Counted from the stretch's first letter, positions 1 to 8,532 are shown. The stretch is 19,249 nt of DNA from Planctomycetota bacterium (GCA_038213805.1 JBBQSO010000094.1:1-19249); one strand, 5' to 3'. Made by a program: numbers and translations. Notes: generated by a model not told the origin, from the sequence alone.

Positions 1-816
1 GTAGGCGTCGTTGTGCTGCAGACCGGTCAGTTCGGGGCCGGCGAAGCCGGAACCGACTTCGACGCCCTTGCAGGCGGGCAACGACAGGAAGGCCTGCGCG
101 AGCAGCGCGTCGAGCTTATCGAAGACCGGTTCGCCGAGTCCGGGCGGCAGGCCGGAAACCACCAGGCGCACGTAGCCGCCCAGGCTGTCGCCCTGCTTCT
201 TGGCCGCCAGGATCGCCTCCTCCATCGCCGCCGCAGAGGCGGGGTGCGGGCAGCGAGTCGGATGGGCGTCGACCGCGGCACGCGTCACCGTGGCGGCGTC
301 GATGTGGTCGCGCGCGTCGATGCGGTGCACGCGTTCGACCCAGGCGGTGATGGTGAGGGCGGGAAAGCGCGCGGCGAGCACCTGCTCGGCGACCGCACCG
401 GCTGCGACCCGTCCAACGGTCTCGCGCGCTGACGAGCGGCCGCCGCCTTCCCACGCGCGCAGGCCGTACTTGGCGTCGTAACCGAAATCGGCGTGGCTGG
501 GCCGGTAGATGTGGTGCCAGTCCTCGTAGGATTTGGAACGCTGGTCCTGGTTGCGCACCACCAGGCAGATCGGCGTGCCCAGGGTGCGTCCGCCTTCGCG
601 ATCGAGGCCGGACAGCGCCTCGACGCGGTCCTCTTCATCCCGTGGGGTCACCAGATTGCTCTGCCCAGGACGGCGCCGGGCGAGGAAGGCCTGGACCCTG
701 GCGAGATCGAGGGGCAGGCCGGGCGGGCAGCCATCGATCACGCAGCCCACGGCCGGACCGTGACTCTCGCCGAAGGTCGTGACGCGGAAGGCGGAGCCGA
801 AGATATTGCCAGGCAT
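1..816 (-). CDS. aroC: Chorismate synthase (3' end lies outside the window)
   Basis: Not in the ORF track; translated by hand from ATG at 816: [33 protein letters not shown]...RRRPGQS...TLGTPI...YRPSHAD...[10 protein letters not shown]... The frame is still in register at base 1 (...QHNDAY). GESHG, RPSHAD and RSSARET are chorismate synthase signatures. Confidence 0.97.
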   Translation of the reverse strand, partial: MPGNIFGSAFRVTTFGESHGPAVGCVIDGCPPGLPLDLARVQAFLARRRPGQSNLVTPRDEEDRVEALSGLDREGGRTLGTPICLVVRNQDQRSKSYEDWHHIYRPSHADFGYDAKYGLRAWEGGGRSSARETVGRVAAGAVAEQVLAARFPALTITAWVERVHRIDARDHIDAATVTRAAVDAHPTRCPHPASAAAMEEAILAAKKQGDSLGGYVRLVVSGLPPGLGEPVFDKLDALLAQAFLSLPACKGVEVGSGFAGPELTGLQHNDAY

Positions 817-822
817 GAAGGC

Positions 823-850
823 ATCGTGGGTGCGAGGGCGGGCAGTCCAG
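823..850 (-). promoter_or_regulatory. Putative promoter for a leaderless aroC transcript
   Basis: Minus strand reads CTGGAC-N16-CACGAT-N6-ATG, with no SD. Geometry is identical upstream of larC. Confidence 0.4.
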
Positions 851-879
851 CGCTGGCGCGGCGGGGCCGCGCAGGAAGC

Positions 880-937
880 GATGACGGCTGACAGCTGACG
901 GCTGACGGCAGACCGCTGACGGCTGACAGCTGGCGGC
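880..937. repeat. Degenerate heptamer tandem array (GCTGACR) x8
   Basis: gatgacg gctgaca gctgacg gctgacg gcagacc gctgacg gctgaca gctggcg, read directly. Confidence 0.9.
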
Positions 938-1024
938 CCGTACATCGTCGGACGCAGAAATTCCCGGGATTCCATGCGATGAGCAGCCCGAAGATCACCT
1001 GACGCGACGTGCTGCCGTCCCCGC

Positions 1025-1052
1025 CGACAGCTGCCAGCCGTCAGCCGTCAGC
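1025..1052. repeat. Inverted heptamer array (YGTCAGC) x4, partner of 880-937
   Basis: cgacagc tgccagc cgtcagc cgtcagc is the reverse complement of the GCTGACR unit. Confidence 0.85.
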
Positions 1053-1145
1053 CCATATTCACCGGGTCATAACTTGCCCCCTCCGAAAAACCCCGTAAAG
1101 ACAGCCCCTTCGCCGCCACTCCTCTCTACCCCGGACGTCACCGCG

Positions 1146-1949
1146 ATGGGCAACAAGTTCAAGAAGCTCAAGCTGGACGGGTTCAACAACCTGACCAAGG
1201 CCCTGAGCTTCAACCTCTACGACGTCTGCTATGCTCGCAGCGCGACCGAGCGGCGCGACTATCTCGCCTACATCGACGAGGAATACAACGCGGCGCGCCT
1301 GACCCAGATCCTGACCGAGGTCACGCGCATCATCGGTGCGAACATCCTGAACGTGGCCCGTCAGGACTACAACCCGCAGGGCGCCTCGGTGACCATGCTG
1401 ATCAGCGAAGAGCCGATCGAGCAGGATCCCGAGAACAAGGAGGCCCCGGGCCCGCTGCCCGATGCGGTGGTCGCGCACCTGGACAAGAGCCACATCTGCG
1501 TGCACACCTATCCGGAGTCGCACCCCTATAGCGGCATCGCCACCTTCCGCGCCGACATCGATGTGTCGACCTGCGGCAAGATCTCGCCGCTACAGGCGCT
1601 GAACTACCTGATCCACAGCTTCGACTCCGATGTGCTGTCGATCGACTACCGTGTGCGCGGCTTCACCCGCGACGTCGAGGGCACCAAGCATTACATCGAT
1701 CACAAGATGACGACCATCCAGAAGTTCATCTCGAAGGAGATTCTTCAGGATTACGCCGCCATCGACGTGAACAACTATCAGGAAAAGTTGTTCCACACCA
1801 AGATGATGCGCAACGAGGTCGACCTCGATCACTACCTGTTCGGCGGAACCGCTGCGCAGAAGCTGCCCAAGAACGACCGCGAAAAGGTCAAGAAGCGCCT
1901 GTCTGAGGAGATCCAGGAGATCTTCTACGGGCGGAACTTCGAGGAGTGA
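1146..1949 (+). CDS. speD: S-adenosylmethionine decarboxylase proenzyme, long E. coli-type
   Basis: [51 protein letters not shown] (pyruvoyl self-cleavage site) and [11 protein letters not shown] closely follow E. coli SpeD. ATG 1146 is preferred over TTG 1074 because the similarity begins there. Confidence 0.97.
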   Translation: MGNKFKKLKLDGFNNLTKALSFNLYDVCYARSATERRDYLAYIDEEYNAARLTQILTEVTRIIGANILNVARQDYNPQGASVTMLISEEPIEQDPENKEAPGPLPDAVVAHLDKSHICVHTYPESHPYSGIATFRADIDVSTCGKISPLQALNYLIHSFDSDVLSIDYRVRGFTRDVEGTKHYIDHKMTTIQKFISKEILQDYAAIDVNNYQEKLFHTKMMRNEVDLDHYLFGGTAAQKLPKNDREKVKKRLSEEIQEIFYGRNFEE

Positions 1950-1960
1950 GGGATTGCCTT

Positions 1961-2030
1961 GGCTGATGGCTGATGGCTGATGGCTGATGGCTGATGGCTG
2001 ATGGCTGATGGCTGATGGCTGATGGCTGAT
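1961..2030. repeat. Perfect heptamer tandem array (GGCTGAT) x10
   Basis: Ten exact copies, separated from the speD stop by 11 nt. Confidence 0.98.
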
Positions 2031-2075
2031 GAAACAAGAAACCGGCGCGACGCGCCGGTTTCTTGTTTCATCAGC
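2025..2075. repeat. Perfect 25-bp inverted repeat with 1-nt centre (hairpin, possible terminator)
   Basis: GCTGATGAAACAAGAAACCGGCGCG-A-CGCGCCGGTTTCTTGTTTCATCAGC; the GC core is followed by TTTCTTGTTT on both strands. Confidence 0.9.
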
Positions 2076-2136
2076 TTAGAGCATCGGCGCAGTGATCGCT
2101 GGCCCAGAGCCGCCGGCTAAGGGTCAATGTGTTGTC

Positions 2137-2153
2137 GCCATCAGCCATCGGCC
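2137..2153. repeat. Short inverted copy of the GGCTGAT array
   Basis: gccatcagccatcggcc is about 2.5 reverse-complement units. Confidence 0.6.
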
Positions 2154-2170
2154 GGCCCGCCGGTCGTCCG

Positions 2171-2223
2171 TCCCAATAAAAAGCCCTCGGCTGCCAAAGG
2201 CAGCCGAGGGCTTTTTATTGGGA
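2171..2223. terminator. Bidirectional intrinsic terminator between convergent speD and the 195-aa gene
   Basis: TCCCAATAAAAAGCCCTCGGCTGCC-AAA-GGCAGCCGAGGGCTTTTTATTGGGA; perfect 25-bp arms, GC stem with a U-tract on both strands, 9 nt from the stop at 2233. Confidence 0.92.
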
Positions 2224-2232
2224 AGAACGACT

Positions 2233-2820
2233 TCAGACCGGAGCGTCGGCCGCCGGTTCAGTCGCTGCCGCCGGCGCCTCGGCCTCGGCCTCGGCGGTGG
2301 CCGCGGCCTTCTTGGCGAAGCGGGGCGGCGGGTTGCCCTTGATGGTGTACGGCTCGCCCTCGGGCAGGACCTGGGCGTTCTTCAGCGCGACCTTGAGCAA
2401 CGCCGTGATGTCATCAGCGACGTAGCCGGTCGAGAGCTTGAATGCCACACCGACCTTCTTTTCGCCGGTCAGTTCGCTGTAGCGGATCCAGATGATGTGC
2501 GCGCTCTGGGTCAGCTCGAAGGGAGTGGTGATCCAGACCTTGTACTGGAGCTCGGCGTTCTGGGCATTGAACACGCCGACATAGTCGCGGTGCGACTCGG
2601 TGGTCAGGGTCAAGCCGGTGGAACGCGCGAGATGACTGATCGCGGAGCGGACGGCCTCGTTGGTGGCCAGGCCGCGCTCCTGCTGGACGAAGGACATCTC
2701 ATAGGTGCCGATGGACAGCCGACCCAAGGCCTTGGTGGTCACGGCATTGATGTTCGGGCCGATCACGACCTTGAGTTCGCGTTCGGGAAAATTGGCGTAT
2801 TTGGGTTTGGTCTCGGTCAT
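2233..2820 (-). CDS. Hypothetical protein, 195 aa, with Ala/Glu/Pro-rich C-terminal tail
   Basis: Normal globular composition unlike the shadow ORFs, GC-ending codons, and its own promoter-like motif and terminator. No family recognised. Confidence 0.85.
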   Translation of the reverse strand: MTETKPKYANFPERELKVVIGPNINAVTTKALGRLSIGTYEMSFVQQERGLATNEAVRSAISHLARSTGLTLTTESHRDYVGVFNAQNAELQYKVWITTPFELTQSAHIIWIRYSELTGEKKVGVAFKLSTGYVADDITALLKVALKNAQVLPEGEPYTIKGNPPPRFAKKAAATAEAEAEAPAAATEPAADAPV

Positions 2821-2828
2821 GGAAGCAA

Positions 2829-2856
2829 AGAATAGGAGTCACTGTGATCAGGACAA
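2829..2856 (-). promoter_or_regulatory. Putative sigma70-type promoter, leaderless or near-leaderless
   Basis: TTGTCC-N16-TATTCT-N8-ATG on minus strand, no SD; the spacer contains the palindrome TCAC-T-GTGA (2839-2847). Confidence 0.5.
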
Positions 2857-2908
2857 CCCCCGTGTTGGCCCGCGCTGGCGCCGCGAGCGCCCACGAAGAG
2901 CTTGTCGA

Positions 2909-3517
2909 CTATGGGCGAAGTGTATGGATTGCATCGCTTTGCAGCGTGGCTGACGCGCGCACCAGGGTGTAGCCGCTGGCTTGACGTGTAGTTTTCCACG
3001 TCAAGCCAACAGCACGTGCGAGATGCGCCAGATCGGCATCGAGCACCTGGCGGGGATCAGAAAACAGCGCCTGGCCATGCGGTGCCAGGCTGGAGGCGAT
3101 CGTGCCAAGGAGGCGAGCAAACCAGTCCGGGCGGTAGAGGATGTCGCCGCCCAGGATGAGGTCGAAGGGCGCCTGCGGAATCGGTTCGCCCCACTGGTGG
3201 AGGTGGGTACGACAGCGCGGTGCCAGGTCATTGGCGGCGGCGACCGCCGCGACGAAATCCAGGGCCAGGGCACTGCCGTCGGCGAAGGCCACCATGGCTG
3301 CGCCCAGCGCCAACGCGCTGAAGCCGTTGTGCCCGCGGCCACAGCCCAGGTCGGCGACGCGCAGTCCCCGGCAGTCCGCCAGGTCGCCGAGATCGGCACC
3401 AAGCTTCTGCCCCGCCGGCCAGCCGTAGGCCCAGGTCAGGTCGGTGCCGGGGGGCGCAGCCGCCGGGTCGGGGGCGGTGGCGGGGATGCGCAGCCAGGAG
3501 AGGTGGGGAGGATACAT
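2909..3517 (-). CDS. Class I SAM-dependent methyltransferase, family-16 (METTL21-like)
   Basis: N-terminal WP motif (YGWPAG), motif I VADLGCGRG, post-I AFAD, HQWG, and FDLILGGDILY (DxxY). Start placed at ATG 3517. Confidence 0.85.
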   Translation of the reverse strand: MYPPHLSWLRIPATAPDPAAAPPGTDLTWAYGWPAGQKLGADLGDLADCRGLRVADLGCGRGHNGFSALALGAAMVAFADGSALALDFVAAVAAANDLAPRCRTHLHQWGEPIPQAPFDLILGGDILYRPDWFARLLGTIASSLAPHGQALFSDPRQVLDADLAHLARAVGLTWKTTRQASGYTLVRASATLQSDAIHTLRP

Positions 3518-3683
3518 CGGTAGCGAGGAGGACGATGGTACTGAGCGTGACCTCAGCGCACGCACCCGCAACCGGCCGGCCGCCGCCGCTGCGGCAACAG
3601 CCACGCGCAGGTCGGGGCCTCAGACCGTGTTACGAAACACCTCTTCCCCCGTATTCTTGACTGAACCAGATCCAGGACCACTG

Positions 3684-5627
3684 ATGCCCCTCCCTGCCCG
3701 CGCCATCCTCATCCTCATCTTCGCCGTGCTCACGGCGCACGCCGCCGAGCCCATCGTCGAACCCTGCGACGAGCGCGGCACCCTGACGCGGGTCCCGCTG
3801 GCTGGCGGTTGGATGGAGGTACACGGCGAGGTCGCGATCCCCACCAAAGGCTGGAAGCAGACCTGGAAACTGTCGGCGCACGAGGAGGTAAGACGCACGC
3901 AGGCGGACGGTGCCGTCGCCTGGCGCGGCGTGCTGGGTGAGCACCGATCCTTCGACGTCACCCAGACCCTACGCCGCGACGGCGCCGCACTCGTCCTCGA
4001 CGTGGAGGTGCGCGCCGCCACCGCTGACGCACCGGAAATCGAGAATCCGCTGTGGTGGCTTGACCTGCCCGCCAGCGACTGGCTGGGCGGCACCTGGCGC
4101 ATCGACCAGCGCAGCGGCGAACTGCCGGTGCAGCCGCGCAGCGAGCAGGAGCGCCACCTTGGCGGCGACGACGGTAGCGAGATCGCCTTCACCAGCGCGG
4201 CAGGCAAGCGCGGGCTGGTGCTGACCGCGAGCGAGAAGATCTGGCCGACGCTGCAAGACGGGCGCGTGTGGGGCCCGGTGTTCAGCGCGCTGGTGCCGCT
4301 GGTGCGCGATACGTCGGCCGCCGCGCCGACCTGGCGGCTGCACTTGCGCATCGCCGGCACCGGTGCGGTCGATGCCGGCCCTGCGACCGTGTCGCTGGGC
4401 GCGCCCGGCCACGAGGCATGCGGCGGCCTGGGCGGCACGTGGTGCTTCGATCTCGGCGCACCGACCACGGCGCGCTGCCGCAGCCTGCTCGCCAGCGGTT
4501 GGCAGCGCACGGAGATGGATCTCTCGACCCTGCCTGAGGCGCCCGCCGACGCGGCGCCCGCGGCCTGGGCGGAGGGCGCGGTGGCCGCGCTGGACATCGT
4601 GGGGTGCGAGGCAGCACACCTTGAGATCACCGGCGCCTTCGTCGCTCAAGGTCTGCCGGTGATCGTCAGCGCCTGGAAGCTGCCGCCATGGATGCTTGAG
4701 GGCCCGCTTCAGGAATCGGGCAACCAGGTGCGCGCGGCGCGCTGGCCATTCGTGGTGGCGGCAGCGGTGGCGTGGTGCAGGCGCGCGCGCCTGCACGGCG
4801 GCGAACCGCTGGCGTTCTCCTTCAACGAGCCGGACTTGGGCGTGCGCATCAAGCTCGATCCGGAGCAGCAGCATGCCATGGTACTGCGTCTGGGTGCCGC
4901 GTTCCAGGCGGCCGGCCTCAAGACGCGCCTGTCGCTGGGCGACGTGGCCAATCCGCGCGGCACCGCCAGCTACTGCCAGCCGACCGCCGACGATCCGGCC
5001 GCGCGGGCTTACGTCGCCTGCGTCGCGGTGCATTCCTGGGGCGGCGGCAGCGCGGCGCAGTGGGACGCGTGGCGCTCCCTTGCGACCCGCCTGGGAGTGC
5101 CGCTGGTGATCGCCGAGGTCGGTCCCGATTCCGACGCCTGGCGCGGCAACGTCTTCCGCCGCCGCAGCTACCAGGTCGCCGAGGCCCGCCACCTGGTCGA
5201 GATCCTGCGCGACGCGCATCCGCAGTCGGCGCTGCGCTGGCAGTTCACCGGCGACTACGATCTGCTCGACGACGGCCATCCGACCATGCGCTGGGCGGTG
5301 TGGCGCTGGGGCATCGAGGCCTTGCCCAAGGGCGCGGTATGGCGCGCCGGAACCTGCGACCGCCCGGAGCTCGCCGCCGTAGCCGCACAGCTGCCGGGCG
5401 GCGGCTCGCTGCTGGTCGCCAACTCTGGCTGCGCGCGCAGCATGCGCGTCACCGGGCTGGGCGATGGGACGTACCACGTCGCGCGCGCAACGCCGGAGGA
5501 ACCCTGGTCGCGGCCGGCGGATGTTGCGGTCACAGGCGAGATCACCCTCGAACTACCGGCGGAGTCGTTTACCGTTTTGACCAGCGCCGCGCTGGCGGCG
5601 ACCTGGGATGCGCCGCGGCGACCGTGA
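3684..5627 (+). CDS. Secreted glycoside hydrolase, clan GH-A (GH30-like) with uncharacterised N-terminal domain
   Basis: Signal peptide MPLPARAILILIFAVLTAHA, AGGA SD at 3674-3677, acid/base motif SFNEPD, VAVHSW, candidate nucleophile LVIAEVG, and a beta-rich C-terminal domain (SLLVAN...LPAESFTVL). Confidence 0.72.
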   Translation: MPLPARAILILIFAVLTAHAAEPIVEPCDERGTLTRVPLAGGWMEVHGEVAIPTKGWKQTWKLSAHEEVRRTQADGAVAWRGVLGEHRSFDVTQTLRRDGAALVLDVEVRAATADAPEIENPLWWLDLPASDWLGGTWRIDQRSGELPVQPRSEQERHLGGDDGSEIAFTSAAGKRGLVLTASEKIWPTLQDGRVWGPVFSALVPLVRDTSAAAPTWRLHLRIAGTGAVDAGPATVSLGAPGHEACGGLGGTWCFDLGAPTTARCRSLLASGWQRTEMDLSTLPEAPADAAPAAWAEGAVAALDIVGCEAAHLEITGAFVAQGLPVIVSAWKLPPWMLEGPLQESGNQVRAARWPFVVAAAVAWCRRARLHGGEPLAFSFNEPDLGVRIKLDPEQQHAMVLRLGAAFQAAGLKTRLSLGDVANPRGTASYCQPTADDPAARAYVACVAVHSWGGGSAAQWDAWRSLATRLGVPLVIAEVGPDSDAWRGNVFRRRSYQVAEARHLVEILRDAHPQSALRWQFTGDYDLLDDGHPTMRWAVWRWGIEALPKGAVWRAGTCDRPELAAVAAQLPGGGSLLVANSGCARSMRVTGLGDGTYHVARATPEEPWSRPADVAVTGEITLELPAESFTVLTSAALAATWDAPRRP

Positions 5628-5651
5628 GCAGAGTCCGCGTGCCGCCAGCGC

Positions 5652-8408
5652 TCATGTGCCCGTGGTCAGTCGCGCCGCCAACACACTGAACAGGTGCCGG
5701 TAGGCCACGCCGCTTGTCGCGGCCAGTGCAGCCGCGCACGGCGCACTAGTGGCAATGCCAAGCGTCGCGCCGCTGTCGTGGATGCCGGCGACTTCGCGCC
5801 GGGTCGCGGCCGCGGTCAATTCCGGCATGGTCCAGGCCTTATCGCCCGCGGCGCCGCAACAGGCGGTGCCGTCCGGGACCAGGACCGGTCCGCTGGTGCA
5901 GCCGGCGCCGGCAACGCGCAGCGCGGGCTCCCAGCCAAGGCGCGTCTCGGTGCAGGTGGGATGCAGCAGCAGCGCGGCCGCGTCGCGGGCGAGTCGGCCG
6001 CGCGCGAGCAGACGCGGGATCAGCACCTCGGCGGCGAAGGCGGCGGGATGGAGCAGTGTCCGCCGCGCCGCGGCGCCCGCGACCTCCTCATCGGCGCCGG
6101 CCGTGCGCAGCTCCTCTGCCAGGTGCCCGGCACACGTGCTCGCGTCGCTGACCACGATCTGCCCGATCGTCGCGGTCGCGGCGATGGCGGTGAAGACCCG
6201 CGTCACCGCGGTGTGCGCGGCGGCGGGGAAGCCCTTGGAGGCGAAGGCCTGCCCGCAGCACAGGCCGGCTGCGTCCTGCGGGACGATCATGCCGATGCCA
6301 GCTGCAGCGCACAGCCGCGCCAGGTCCGTGGGCACCGCATCGTCGCCGCAGGTGCGCGCCAGGCAGGAGGGCAGGTAGACGATGGTCGGAGCGCCGGTTT
6401 CCGCCTGTGGCCAGCTCTCGGGCAGGGGTTGCGCGGCCGCGGGCAGGGGCGGCGATTCCAGCCAGCGCGCCGCACCGGTCAGACGGCCGAGGCGCAGCAG
6501 CCCGCGCGTGCCCATGGCGACCAGCTCGAGGTGTTGCTCGACCTGGCCCGCGACCAGGCGCGCAAAGGCGCCGTGCGCCGCAGCGCGCCCCGCACGCACC
6601 AACGCGCCGGTGTCGATGCCGACCGGGCATGCAGTAGCGCAGGTGCCGTCGGCGGCGCAGGTGTCGAGCACCTGGTACTGCCAGGTGGCGAGCACGGCCG
6701 CCGCACCGGGACCGCCGCGCGCGGTCTCGCGCAGCGCGGCGATGCGCTGGCGCGGGCTCAAGGTCAGGTCGCGGCTCGGGCAGATCGGCTCGCAGAAGCC
6801 GCACTCGATGCAGCGGTCGACGAGCGGGTCGACGGCAGGCATGGTCTTGAGGTGGCGCAGGTGCGCCTCGGGGTCGTCGCTGAGCAGCACGCCGGGATTG
6901 AGCATGCCAGCGGGATCAAGCAGCACCTTGATGCGGCGCATCACCGCGACCGCGTCTTCGCCCCACTGGCGTGCTACGAAGGGTGCCATGTTGCGACCGG
7001 TGCCGTGTTCTGCCTTGAGCGCGCCGCCACGTCCCAACACCAGATCGACGAGCGCGGCCATGAAGCGGCTGTAGCGTGCAACCTCGTCCGGCAGGGAGAG
7101 GTCGGGGGTGAGGGTGAAGTGCAGGTTGCCGTCCTTGGCGTGGCCGAAGATCACCGCCTCGCCGTAGCCGTGCGCGTCGCAGCAGGCACGCAGCGCGAGC
7201 AGGCCCTCGGCCAGGGCGGCGACCGGAAAGGTGACGTCCTCGATCACCACCGCGGTGCCGGCCGCGCGCACCGCGCCGACCGACGGGAACAGTCCTTTGC
7301 GGATGGTCCACAGCGCCGCCTGCCGGACCGGATCCTGGGTGAACTGCGCGGGCGCGGCGAGTACGCAGTCGAGCAACACCGGTCCGGCGGCGGCGATGCG
7401 CGCCGCGAGCGCGGTGGCGTCCGCCTCCTGGAATTCCACCAGCAGGGCGGCGGGCGCGCCTGCGGGCAACGCGTCGGGCAGGCGCGCGGCGACGCGGCGC
7501 AACGCGACGGCGTCGAGGATCTCGATCGCGGCGGCGCCGGCCGCCGCGAGCGGCGCGACCGCCCGGCAGGCCGCGGCAGCATCGGCGAAGAGCAGCCACG
7601 CGGTGGAGCGGTGGAGCGCGAGCGGCAGGGTGCGGAAGGTGGCCTCGGCGATGAAGGCGAGGGTGCCTTCCGAACCCACCACCAGCTTCTCGAGGATCCG
7701 CACCGGCGTGTCCGCATCGAGAAAGGCATTGAGGCTGTAGCCGACGGTATTCTTGGTGGCGAAGGCGCGCGCGATGCGCTCGGCCAGCGCGCGGTCGCCG
7801 CGCACCTGCGCGGCGAGGTGCTGCAGGCCGGCGGCGAGCTGCGGGCGCTCTGCCGCCAAGCGCGCATCGGCATCCGCAGCGGCGGTGTCGATGCGCCAGC
7901 CGTCGGCAAGGATGAGGTCGAGGCCGGCGATGGTGCGGTAGCTGTTTTCCGCCACTCCGCAGCACATGCCCGAGGCGTTGTTGGCGACGATGCCGCCGAT
8001 CTCCGCCGCCTGCAGGCTGGCCGGGTCGGGTCCGATGCGCCGCCCATGCGGCGCGAGCGCGGCGTTGACCCACGCGCCGACCGCGCCCGGCTGGCAACTC
8101 ACCAGCGCGGCGCCGGGGTGCACGCGGATGGCGCGCAAGTGGCGTGAGACCACGATCAGGATGCCGTCGCTGACCGCCTGCCCCGACAGACTGGTGCCGC
8201 CGGCGCGGAAGCACACCGCGACGCGGTGGCGCGCCGCCACCAGCATGACCGCACGCACATCGCCCGCATGCCGAACCAGCACCACCGCGCGCGGCACCAG
8301 CCGGTAGATGCTGGCGTCACCGGCCCACTGCAGGCGCTCGGCGAGGTCGCCGAGCGCCACCCCGGGCGCCGTCGCCGCGATCAGATCATCGACCAGCGTG
8401 TCGCCCAT
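5652..8408 (-). CDS. FAD- and Fe-S-binding D-lactate/D-2-hydroxyacid dehydrogenase (Dld-II type, GlcD-GlcF-like fusion)
   Basis: FRAGGTSLSGQ, GGIVANNASG, GSEGTL, FGHAKDGNLHF, LKAEHGTG, LNPG; ferredoxin motifs CIECGFCEPICP and CAADGTCATACP; two CCG domains (LCCG, ACCG). Start is ATG 8408 or GTG 8414. Confidence 0.9.
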   Translation of the reverse strand: MGDTLVDDLIAATAPGVALGDLAERLQWAGDASIYRLVPRAVVLVRHAGDVRAVMLVAARHRVAVCFRAGGTSLSGQAVSDGILIVVSRHLRAIRVHPGAALVSCQPGAVGAWVNAALAPHGRRIGPDPASLQAAEIGGIVANNASGMCCGVAENSYRTIAGLDLILADGWRIDTAAADADARLAAERPQLAAGLQHLAAQVRGDRALAERIARAFATKNTVGYSLNAFLDADTPVRILEKLVVGSEGTLAFIAEATFRTLPLALHRSTAWLLFADAAAACRAVAPLAAAGAAAIEILDAVALRRVAARLPDALPAGAPAALLVEFQEADATALAARIAAAGPVLLDCVLAAPAQFTQDPVRQAALWTIRKGLFPSVGAVRAAGTAVVIEDVTFPVAALAEGLLALRACCDAHGYGEAVIFGHAKDGNLHFTLTPDLSLPDEVARYSRFMAALVDLVLGRGGALKAEHGTGRNMAPFVARQWGEDAVAVMRRIKVLLDPAGMLNPGVLLSDDPEAHLRHLKTMPAVDPLVDRCIECGFCEPICPSRDLTLSPRQRIAALRETARGGPGAAAVLATWQYQVLDTCAADGTCATACPVGIDTGALVRAGRAAAHGAFARLVAGQVEQHLELVAMGTRGLLRLGRLTGAARWLESPPLPAAAQPLPESWPQAETGAPTIVYLPSCLARTCGDDAVPTDLARLCAAAGIGMIVPQDAAGLCCGQAFASKGFPAAAHTAVTRVFTAIAATATIGQIVVSDASTCAGHLAEELRTAGADEEVAGAAARRTLLHPAAFAAEVLIPRLLARGRLARDAAALLLHPTCTETRLGWEPALRVAGAGCTSGPVLVPDGTACCGAAGDKAWTMPELTAAATRREVAGIHDSGATLGIATSAPCAAALAATSGVAYRHLFSVLAARLTTGT

Positions 8409-8416
8409 GCCCACAG

Positions 8417-8445
8417 ATGATCCCGGCTCGCGGCCCCAGGTCCAC
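8417..8445 (-). promoter_or_regulatory. Putative promoter of the dehydrogenase
   Basis: GTGGAC-N17-GATCAT-N8-ATG on minus strand, no SD. Confidence 0.35.
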
Positions 8446-8492
8446 CGTCCATCCCGCAGCTGGTGCCATCATCGGCGGTGGTGTCCGAACGC

Positions 8493-8532
8493 CGGATGAT
8501 CTGACGGTCGGATGATCTGACTGCCGGATAAA
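8493..8532. repeat. Period-8/16 degenerate tandem array
   Basis: cggatgat ctgacggt cggatgat ctgactgc cggataaa; CGGATGATCTGAC occurs twice, 16 nt apart. Confidence 0.75.

Noticed and set aside
13..891. Plus-strand ORFs 13-432, 200-481, 493-891 and short minus-strand ORFs here
   Set aside because: Shadows of aroC, which the ORF track missed because it has no stop inside the window.
738..998. 86-aa minus-strand ORF containing [16 protein letters not shown]
   Set aside because: The periodic peptide is just the translation of the heptamer array, and it overlaps the aroC start out of frame.
938..1145. Possible SAM riboswitch or promoter upstream of speD
   Set aside because: No SAM riboswitch core recognised. 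TTGCCC-N16-TAAAGA (1074-1101) is too weak to call. An Rfam scan would settle it.
1961..2030. CRISPR array (also considered for 10941-11080 and 18963-19139)
   Set aside because: Units are 7-8 nt without spacers, or short alternating hairpins. There are no 23-47-nt repeats with regular unique spacers and no cas genes.
2026..2062. Hammerhead ribozyme-like words CTGATGA...GAAAC...GTT
   Set aside because: Only AACAA separates the two core words, so there is no stem II. Stem I is also absent, and the perfect palindrome sequesters the core.
3444..3683. N-terminal extensions in the ORF track (GH from 3444; also Nudix from 9774, kinase from 14025, esterase from 14471, methyltransferase from 3604)
   Set aside because: They overlap neighbouring genes or are low-complexity. 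Downstream starts fit signal peptides, SD sites, stop/start coupling or domain boundaries better.
5694..8147. 817-aa plus-strand ORF and other long antisense ORFs (11539-14079, 9420-11216, 3969-5477, 14615-16111, 17350-18918)
   Set aside because: They lie antisense to well-supported genes, are Arg/Gly/Ala-rich without motifs, and are expected from stop-codon scarcity in high-GC DNA.
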